Positions 54,055 to 64,000 of a stretch of DNA of 64,000 bases are shown here, piece after piece. Origin of the DNA: Podarcis cretensis (Eukaryota); contig OX638153.1 of assembly GCA_951804945.1 (NCBI GenBank), positions 45,198,001-45,262,000 on the forward strand. The letters are read 5' to 3'. Position 1 is the stretch's first letter; every line of letters starts with the position of its first letter. The notes under the pieces were generated by a model. It was not told where the DNA came from and searched no databases. It saw only the letters and a list, made by a program, of their open reading frames with translations. Position numbers and translations under genes: made by a program.

Positions 54055-54868
54055 CAACACAAGCATTAAGAAACAGCCAGTCAGTCTTCTTCATTCTGTT
54101 TTTTATTTGCTTTAGTTTTTTGAAGTCAACTTCAAGTTCTTCTTTGTTGCCAACGGCTCCAGCCAGCTCAATTCTCTGAAAGTCCATTTTCATTTCAGAT
54201 TCCCGTTTGGTTGTAGGAGGTGATCTTCTTTGGCTATTGCCACTACTACAGCTGCCCCTCCATCGAGTTCTGTCTTGCTCATTTATTATTGAGGAAGCTT
54301 CGTCTGTTTCTGCCAATTCTATTGCTTCAATGTTGTTGGGTCTTGGATGATCACACACAACACACTTTCTGGCTTTAGCCCAGTTTTCATACGTACAGAC
54401 AGAACAGGTCCAGTGCTGTGTCCTCATGTTTAGTTTATTTCTATCATTGTACTCCTCACAAGGATCCACAGAGAAAGGAGCTGGTCTTGAACCAGACCCT
54501 GAAGACTGAGGGGATTCTGTGGGACTCCTGGTCCTACGCTGAGACAAGCACTGTGTGCATCGTATTGCACGAGGCCAGTTCAAGTATGTGCACATGTGGC
54601 ATGACCACTTATTTGCACTTTCCATACTGTAGGATGATTTAACTCTTGGTCTTGCACTGGAATCTGGACATATCAAAGGACTGCTGCCTCCTTCAATACT
54701 TGCAGGATCCCAATCTCTACCGACATCACTTGAACCACTTTTGAAAGGATCTTCTGTTATAATAGTTCCACTAGGTCTTTGAGCACGGCACATGGTACAC
54801 TTGATCGCAGATGGCCAGTTTTCGTATGTACAATACTCACAAGCCCATTTTATTCCACGTTCTGTCAT
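54055..54868 (-). CDS. ZRANB1: ZRANB1 (TRABID) first coding exon: MTERGIKWACEYCTYENW...WLFLNACV; three NZF/RanBP2 zinc fingers; 814 coding nt
   Basis: Three W-x-C-x2-C-T-Y-x-N-W-x5-C-x2-C motifs; ATG at 54868; donor G|gtaagt; acceptor upstream of the ATG gives an exon start at 54905. Confidence 0.98.
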
Positions 54869-57800
54869 CCTGCACTCCTTGAAGTAAATGATTTCAGGCA
54901 GAAAGCTTTGGAAAAAAAGAATAAGAATACATCTATTAGAACACATAAATTATGGACTATCCATAGTTATGAAAATATATATACCATATATATATACCAA
55001 AAGAGTAACTAAACACAGTTCATTCACAATGCTTGATCATGGATTAGGATTACATGAAGAAGTCAGGAAAAGGCTCAGTTTCATTCATCGCCTTTTTCCC
55101 GCCTTCACATGCAGAGAGAAAAGATTTATGTTTCTTTGAAAGTAAAAGCCTTCAGTTTTCTGTTACAGTTGAACCGAGGAAACTGTGGTTAGTTCAAACA
55201 AATCAGGATCAAATTGAAGCTTCAAATTCTGGTTTGTTCAGAATAAACCAGAATAAATAAACCACAGAAAGTGAGAGCCAGAGGTTCATTTGCATAATCA
55301 TGCTTAGCATTGTGTCTGAACAGTACTTTCATATCACATCACACTTGACTGAGTATTGCTTTACTCAATAGTGTAAAGAAAATATTATAACAACTGCTAA
55401 TCGGTCATTAGCTGCCTTACTTATTTTATACCTCATACAGTACAGAATTGATAAACACAAATGGATCAGTGACAGATCATTAAGCATCCTCAGGAATGAC
55501 CTGGAAGATACATTGAGAGCTAATTTCTGCTAATGTATTGTACTTAAAGTTCAATATATGTGCCCAGCACCTGATATCAGGAATACAGTATAACTAAATG
55601 TACTGACTAAAATCTCTATCATTTTATTTAACAGAAAAAATATGAATAAAATACTCTTTAGGATGTTCCTAAATCCTACTTTAAGAAGCTGAAGATGGAA
55701 TACATCAGTTTACTAACTACTCAGATTTGTTACTTTAGAAATCAGAATATCCCTAAACCTTTCCCCCCCTTTTTTAAGTTCAACACTCATTCAAGAGGCA
55801 ACAGCGTTGTAAGAGAATTATGTTACATCAACGTTGTAACATTCAGTCACTTTAAAACCAGTTAATCCCGGTTTTGCTTTACAAGGGTCCTCCAGGTTTT
55901 GGAATCACTAATTCATCACACAATACAAAGGACTCAGGTAGGAGTTGAAAGATAATGTATGACCATTCTTTTTTCAGATGACCATATGGTTTTAAACAAA
56001 AATTGTTCTATTTACTTTTTCTATACTGAAGAGTCTATTTCGTCTCCATACTGCCTTTTCAGTGGCAAGGATGATGGACAGCACTAAGTACACAGCTTTT
56101 CCTGTGAACAATACAAATTATTGTTAAAATCTTACTACAACATACAGGAAATAGTACTTACTATATCAGTCACATTTGTCATGTCTAGAGTAAATTTTTG
56201 AGTAACTTTAAATGAAACTGCAGCAGAACTATCTATGGATCTGCTGCTTTATCATTCAAACACAAGTCTGATAAACTCCAGCTTCATAGAGAACTGGCTC
56301 AGCTGTAACCTACTTATGACTACATCAGTTTCAAAATACTTGAAGCATTTCCTCAAGCATTAGCAATGCTTCAAAACAGAATAAACTTCATATATGAAAG
56401 CTGCTTCCTTGTAGGCAGTTATTCAAAACCTACATGTCAATATGTATGATTATACCTCACAAAGTATATATATGCAATAGCAAACCAAGCATGGGACATG
56501 CGATTCAACCAAACAAACCCACACATGATCAATTCCAATAAAGGATTCATTCCATTTCCTATATTCAAGTGACTTTTATTTCCAGTAGAATGGCCCTGGA
56601 ATTATTAATGAACCAAGATCCAAAGGACCAAGCAGGATCCATGCAGTTACTTCAGGTCCACCCAAGCAACAAACATTTGTAACTTTTTTCATTTTTTGAA
56701 AAGCAGATCCCCATTTCGTATCACAAGCTACATTTGAAAGTCCCCTCACTTTCAAGAGTGGCTTACTATGGTTCTTCACTTTCAGATAACCTCAAGTCAC
56801 AAACCTGTTTCGTTACCCAGTAATTTGGATACATATCTACGCTCTCATGCATGTTTCTTTCAGGAAACAACCAACTTTGGCTTCCACCATTAATTAGCTA
56901 ATCAGAAATGTGCGGCAGAGAGGCAAAAGATCATGTTGTAGGCTACTGGATTTGAACTGCTCCTAGCAATGGATCACAGCAAAAAACACCTCCTATCTAA
57001 GCCTCACAGTGCCCACTACAGAATGGGTACCAATAAAATCCCATTTCCTCATTTGTGTGGGGGGGGACAACAAAATTAATTACACTTACATATATGCAGT
57101 ATTCTAGTTTGTTTCCTCCCAGTGTAGCAAAGGGAGGAGTGGGACAGGTGAAATTTGAGCAGCATACACCAGCATTCCCAATAACCCCCAGTTTGCTCAA
57201 TTGTGCTGAGCTATTATAAACCATTTACGGTAATCTTTATATGATATTGGAGAGCAGATTTTTACAAGGAATCACTACAGCAGCTCCTTGTACACTTGCT
57301 TTGGCCCAGTTCAGATTTTCTGGTACTCCCTGCAGAGTGCCAACTATTATTTGTTTGTTCAGACCTTTGGTTTTAAAACGAATAAATGATTTGATACTTA
57401 AGCTGTAATCAAGAACCAGCCTCAGGAACATACACTGTGCCCCATTCCCAGGTACAGAATTTTTCTTCTTTTTATCAATATAATTGCTGGTTTGGCATTA
57501 CATCTGCACTTTGGCCAATGAAAACCAGGTTTGCCATCTCAAGCTAGAACCTATATACTAATTTCAAATCTGTTTCTGGATTATGCTCCCAATTTGCAAA
57601 ACCATTGTTTCCAGGCAGGCCGCTCATCTGCTCCAGCCTCAAGAGAATAAATACCACAATGAATGGAATATTTTCAGATGCTGGCTCTTGAAATGATAAT
57701 CAAAATAACACAATTTTAACTGCTAGCTTAGTACTTAAAGCATGAGTTTCAGGTGCTATTTTGGACCAAACATGTATTTTATTTATTGAATTTATATTCT

Positions 57801-58147
57801 ATCCTTCCTCCCAAAGGAGCTCTTGTCATGTATCACAAAGAATTGCTAGTACTGCTACTTCAGCATAAAGGAGAGGTGTTAATTATAGAATTTAAATTAT
57901 GATTTGTTTTATTTTACACTCATATGAGAAAGACCCTATCATTCCACCTTCCAGAAATGTTCACGCAGTTCTTCTTTTCCAGTAGATATCAGAAACTGGC
58001 AGACATTGTTGGAAACCTAGCATGTCATGTTGTGACTAGCTGCACGTGTCGATTTGTATTGATTTGTTTTACTAACTGAAGGAGTAGTGTAGAGGAGGAA
58101 GAATTTGCTTTGTAGTATTCACAGTAGGAAAGCCTTTCATACAGACT

Positions 58148-58680
58148 TAACAGGGCTGCCTTCAGATGTCTTCTAAGGTTATATAGTTGCTCATCTTCTT
58201 GACATCTGATGAGAGGGTGTTCCACAGGGTGGGAGCAACTACTAAGAAAGCCCTCTGCCTGGTTCCCTGTAACTTCACTTCTTGCAGTGAGGGAACCATC
58301 AGAAGGCCCTCAGAGCTGGACCTCGGTGTCTGGGCTGAATGATGGGAGTGGAGACACTTTTTCAGGTATACTAGATGCACAAGCAAAAGCTTTATACTTT
58401 ATGTACAAAAACTGGGTTAAATTTCTTTTTTAAATGACAGCCCTACCCCCCCCCGCCCCACACAGAGATTAAAAGGTGATGGATTGTTTAATTAGCCAAA
58501 GACCTGGGAGAAGAGGAATGTTTTTGCCTATCACCTAAAGATATGTAATGAAGATGCCAGGCAAGCCTCCCTGGGGAAATCATTCCACAATGGAGGAGTC
58601 ACCATAAAAAAGGCCTGCTTTTGTGTTGCCACCCTCTGGGCCTCTTGTGGAGGAGGTACATGGAGAAATCTCCAGAGTGA
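58148..58680 (-). mobile_element. L2-like LINE 3' fragments (two pieces)
   Basis: Translation ...RQRAFLVVAPTLWNTL is typical of the L2 ORF2 end; second piece at about 58470-58680. Confidence 0.65.
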
Positions 58681-58878
58681 TGAAGGACTCTCCAGAACAG
58701 ATTTAGGGTACTATAGAGGCTGCAAGGGGGGAGATAAATTCTTGAAAATTGCTTCCCTTCCTGTTCCACCTACAGGAAGTCTTACCTGTGAGTAGAACTA
58801 AAAAATATATATATGCGTAACAGTAACACATTTTTCATGTTAAGTCAACAAGCTATTAAAGCTTTCCTTGAAATTAGC

Positions 58879-59126
58879 CAGAGGCATACCTAGGAGTTGG
58901 TGAAACTGGCCTTCACCTGGGACACAGGCCCAGGGGGGACACAAAAATCATCTATCAGACTATGGATTGTATGACAAATATGTGTGTGGTGAAATGACGC
59001 CACTGTCCTGCCAAGATCAAGTGCAGGAGAAGCTTCTCATCCTTCTTGAACCATGAAGGCGACTGGGGGGGACCGGACCGATACAGCTCCTTGCCAAGGG
59101 CACAGGGGGCTTTACATACGCCCCTG
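58879..59126. mobile_element. hAT (Tip100-like) MITE
   Basis: CAGAGGCATA...TACGCCCCTG termini; perfect 8-bp TSD AAATTAGC. Confidence 0.8.
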
Positions 59127-60115
59127 AAATTAGCTGACGCAAACCAAATAGGAAAAAATATTTTCAAGAATGCCTACGTAAACCAACCTTCTGAAGTTCT
59201 TCCAAAGTTCTCGAATGTGGTAGATATGACATAAAGGGGTTTTTTTGGGGGGGGGGGTTAGTGGACAATGACAGATTAACAAATCTGTTTTAAAATTGCA
59301 CGTGGTAACATACATTAGAGCCCCTGCCTTTGTAGTACTAGCAAGACATTAAGTACTGGGAGAAAGGGTACATGCTTGTACATCTCCAAGCATCCTCTTG
59401 AAATATATGTAGGGGAGGAATTACATTTAACTGTAGTAATGCCTACATTTCTAAAAAGAGACAAAGACTTAGCATAAACGTTGTAGCATGAACTTGTATA
59501 GTCATGTGTGTGTTTCCAGTCAGCTGACACCACAAAATAATAATCATGTGCTATTCTAATTACTGTATTGTTACATTATTTCACAATCAGGTCATTTTGT
59601 TTCTCTTAACAGTTTAACAACAATCAAGTGATACTTTTTAAAATACAAGTCCTCAAATCCTTTAGTTGTCTGTAGATAGCAGATGTCCATTTATCACTGT
59701 CTCCTAGCAACTAAGGTTAGGCTATTTAGACATTTATAACCCTTGTATGTTGATCAATTACTTGAACACTCATTTATTATAATACTATTCCTAGAATTTG
59801 TAGAAAACAAAGAGTCTAGCAATTTGGCACAATCAGCAGTAGTTTAATATATTTCTATTCTTATACTATCCTCAAATGGAAGATAATGATGCAGCATAAA
59901 CCAAGATGGCTTGGCAGAGTCCTCTACACATTTGGCTAGTGCTGAAAATAAGCCATATAGAAATGTATCAAAATCTGTGCCAAATAAATTGGAAGTGCTA
60001 CATAGAATGACCAACCAAAAAAGACAGAAAGAAATTTAAGAGGAGATAGTAGATTAAAGTATTTGTGCAGAAAAAGTAGTGGTTTTTTTCTTTAAAGTCA
60101 TCTAAAAACACAGTA

Positions 60116-60313
60116 CAGTGGTACCCTCTGGATATGCACACCTCCGGTTGCGTATCCTTCACGATGCGAATGTGGCAAACCGCCCCGTGCACATGCACAG
60201 AAGCACTCTACCACCCCGTGTGAATGTGCAGAAGCGGTCCCTCTGGTTGCAGAAACCTCAGGATCTGACCAGAGCTCCGGAACGGATCCCGTCCGCAACC
60301 GGAGGTACCACTG
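60116..60313. mobile_element. Tigger/pogo-like MITE (different subfamily)
   Basis: TA|CAGTGGTACC...GGTACCACTG|TA. Confidence 0.85.
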
Positions 60314-62140
60314 TAATGCTATTTGACACTATTAATCCAGTTAGGGTAAAATACCCAGCTTTCCCATAATTTCAGTACAAATTTCATACTGAAGGACCCT
60401 GATCAAGCCATATTATGAACTCTATATGGGATTTACATAAGTGACACCACCACAGAGTATGGCTTCTAAACCCCTTTATCAGCAATTACAGAAACTTAAG
60501 TGAAACTTCAGGAAGACCATATAATGCAAAAGAAGCTGAAGTTGAAAAAAATGTCAAGTTGTGCATACAGAAGCCCTTACATCTATTCAATAAATTCTTC
60601 AGATCATAGATCTTTTAAAGTAAGTATCGTTTGCTCAGTATCACACCACAACAAAGTGCTATATCAAATTAATCTATACTCAGTAGTAGGAAACTAGATC
60701 CAGCCAGTGAGCCAGATTTCCACATATCCTGGTGGGACAAGTTTGATAGGCTGCCCACCTGTCAACCCCTTGGTGTTACAACAACATCAGGTGACCCATT
60801 TTTGCCCCTGGAGATTTGAAAGCAAAGTGTATGGGCAAAAAAGCATGTGCAGTGCTTGTGGATGCTTGGGAAGCACTGCACAAGGGGTTTTGCAGGCAAC
60901 TCAGATCAGCAGTGCCTGCAGAGTTCCTTTCTGCCAAGCCCATTTCATCGAAGCCTTTACCAGTCCCACATTGGATGTAACATATGATGCAAAGTGTAGG
61001 GCAGGTGGGAGTGGCTTTGCTGAAATGGACAGGCAGGCCAAACGTGGAGGGTACAGTGACTGACGGGCATAAATTAGGCCGACAGGCCAGAGGTTCTTCA
61101 CCTTTGCTAGTTCAAAATTATCTACTTCTACCAATTACATTACTAGTTGACATAATACGGGTGTGGTGGTGTTAGGGGAGGGGTAGCACTTCTGGTGGGG
61201 GACACATCATGCTCCTTCTGGGATAGTTTGTTCACCTTCAGTCCCCACCCTGCAATTCTCAGGTTGTGTAAGCTTTCCACGCTGTAACCTTTCTAAGATT
61301 TCTAACCTACAGCTTATTCTAACATTAGTTGCTTCCTTTGCTAATATAAAAACAACTGTTTTTTTTTTGCTTCTATGCCTTCTAAGGGAACTGCAACACC
61401 ACACTGACAAACATGTTGTATAAGTAGTTTTATTATTATTTTTCAAACGGTGACTTCGCCATTACTGCCTTGCCCCGGGAGCACTTTAAGTAACCTGAAA
61501 CAATAGTATAAGGCTCAGGCTTAACCAAATTGGGGGGGGGGGGAATCCTCCCATCTTAATGGAACTGATTAGCAAGGGTAAGATTGGTTTAACATCTATT
61601 TTTCCTTTTAAAAAGTCTTTTTCAACATCCTAAGAAAAATGTTTTGTATAATTCAAAAGGTTACATACTGCAACACTGGATGGGCCTGTTAAACCACATT
61701 ATTTCTATGCCTAATTTTCATTCTGCTGAACCAACAGAATAACTTTTTTATCCCTTCTTGGAGCATCAACCATTTGGATTTACTCATTGTTAAAACTTCA
61801 TTTACAGTTTATGTCAACATCAACAAAAATTAACTTTATTTCCTAATAATATATGTAGTGAACTGTTTTAAAGAAACCTTTAGCTCATTAGAAACTATAG
61901 GCTATGAAATTTTTCAATACTGGTGATTACAATATGCTTACAAAAACAGACCAAAAGCTCAATCATGTCACAACATGTTAAAGTAAAATGTTGTAAATCC
62001 TAGAAAGAGTTCTGAATAGGCACATCTAAATGGGAAACCTTTTCACCCCAGTGGGCCTGATCTTTATCTCCCTGATCCTGGTGGGCCAAATCTGACAAAT
62101 TGGCAGAGCCACCCACCTGTTAATTATTTGATGTAATTAG

Positions 62141-62640
62141 GGTTTGTTTCCAGGCACAATTCAAAGTGCTGGTTTTGACCTAGAAAACCCTATATGGCTT
62201 AGGTCCAGGCTATCTCAAAGACCGTATTCTCTCATAAGAACCTGCCCAAGCTGTGACATCATCAGGGTAGGGCATCATCTCAGTCCCACCACCCTCACAG
62301 GTACACTTGGTGGGAATGCAGGAGAGGGAGCCACTCTGGTGGCTGATGTCAGAGTTTGGAACTCATTTCCTAGAAAAGTTAGACTGACTCCCTCCTTATT
62401 GTCCTTTCACAGGCAGGTGAAGACGTTTTTATTCCCACAGGCCTTTTAAGAACTGGCTGTCTTTAAGGAAAGGGCTGGTGCTGTGATGTTATTGTTGTTA
62501 TTATCTATATTTTTAATGTATCTTTTAATATGTTGTTGAAATTCTGCTAATGTTTAATTATTCTTTTTTATCTTTTAATTTGTTTCTATTTTATCTGTGC
62601 TTTTGTATTTTTATCTGTAGGCCGCCTTGACGGTCTGGGG
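62141..62640 (+). mobile_element. L2-like LINE 3' fragment; similar relic at about 40885-41185
   Basis: Translation ...WNSFPRKVRLTPSLLSFHRQVKTFLFPQAF is an L2 ORF2 C-terminus, followed by a T-rich 3' UTR and TGTAGGCCGCCTTG. Confidence 0.7.
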
Positions 62641-64000
62641 AAAAGGAAGGAGGAGAAGGAGAAGGAGAAGATCTGCAGATCATCAGTACTTAAACACCCT
62701 TCAGGACTTGAAAATATCCCTGTGTGGTTCTGTGAAGAGCCCCCAAGTCTGCCTTTCTGCAGGGATTGGCAGAATTTGGTGTGCACTCAGTCCAGCAGGA
62801 CTGGAACTCCCAGAATCCCTGATGATTGTCCATGCTATCTAGGGCTGATGAGAGTTGGAATCCAACAACATCTAGAGGGTCATAGGATTTCTCATCCCTA
62901 AACTAAAAATACATAGGTTGGCTAAAGATTAAGCCATCTGGTAGGTGTCAACCTTGCTGGTATACCACAGGCTTAATAAGGCTGCAATCCTAATTTATCC
63001 AGGAGTACACCCCACTGAATTCAATGGGGCTTGTTCTGAGTATACATGGCTTGGACTATTGGTTATTTCTGCTGTTTATCATTCTTTGTAGTTAAAGTAA
63101 AATACAAATTAAAGCAAAATTTTATGTGCTAAATAATATTTGAACAATAACGGGGTACTTTCTTTACAATCAAATCATAAATGCTAACTTTCTACACAGG
63201 AAATTTAGATTATAATACATTTAAAGAACCTCAGCTTTCTAGTTCTGATATGCATAAACTAAAAGTGGCTTTTGTAACTCAGCTACTAATTCCTACATGG
63301 CTTCAGTGGACTTCAGAACCATCTCTTATAAATTCACAAGTCAAATCACCTCCAAAAAGGCAGCAAACACACAAAAGGCAGCTATTCCTCAAGAATTAGT
63401 GGAAATAGCAGAAATAGAATCTGAAATGTTTTAAATCTACAGAAAACTGAGCAGGGAATGAAAACATCCTGTTATTCCGTGGAAAGTAACTTGTCTTCAG
63501 TGGCATGCCAGAAAACTTTGGATAGCTAGATAAATTTATGCCCTTGAAATCATAGCCAGCATATATGTAGCAGGAAGCATTACCAATTACAGTGCCACAT
63601 CCCATGAGTTCTAGCAAAGGCATTCCTTGCTCATAAAAAAACAATGCAATTACAGAGCAACTTCACAGCCCTTGTTAAGAACAGCATCTAGACTATGTTT
63701 AGGGCACCCTGCTGTCACACACAGCCCTCAATGCTACTGCCTAAGACTATAAGGGGTTGCCCTATGTAATGCATCAACTGGAAATGGTATGTTCAGAATC
63801 TTTTTAGAATATCCAGGGGTGAAAGTACTCTCTCAAATCAGGAGAGGGGAGATCTGAGAAGGCAGCAGAAGAATCTGTACAGCTTTGAAGACTGTTTTTT
63901 TTTACAAAGCAACAGCACAGGGGAACTTGCTCTCAAATACAGAGAGGGTTATCTGCGGTACTCCAAAAAGCACTGTATGACCTCCAAAAATGCCTTGCTT

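Noticed and set aside
53987-54946. 319-aa single-exon protein as called by the ORF track
   Set aside because: It extends past the acceptor (54905) and donor (54055) into intron; the real product is spliced ZRANB1.

Overview
Eukaryotic (vertebrate) genomic DNA, most likely from a squamate reptile and probably a lacertid lizard, inferred from the Sauria-SINE-type elements and the MITE content. Two spliced genes face each other tail-to-tail. On the + strand are the last 7 coding exons of CTBP2 (4907-21681, 374 codons plus stop); its 5' exons, including the RIBEYE exon, lie upstream of the window. On the - strand is the complete 9-exon CDS of the deubiquitinase ZRANB1/TRABID (54868-27592, 2127 nt = 708 aa plus stop; 3 NZF fingers, AnkUBD, OTU). 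All exon boundaries are GT-AG with consistent phases. The introns carry many SINEs, L2/CR1 fragments and TcMar/hAT MITEs, several with intact TIRs and TSDs, and there is one 297-N gap. The most notable observations are: a Tc2-type MITE whose core is an array of 89-bp palindromic units; a natural GxGxxG to GxGxxA change in the CtBP2 dinucleotide-binding loop; an inverted MITE pair bracketing two CTBP2 exons; a SINE tail creating a competing splice donor; two hAT elements whose ends are inverted but whose shared internal module is not; and candidate unannotated ZRANB1 exons (N-terminal extension, a 12-nt microexon, a poison exon). No prokaryotic-type system (CRISPR etc.) is present, and most ORFs in the supplied track are spurious.
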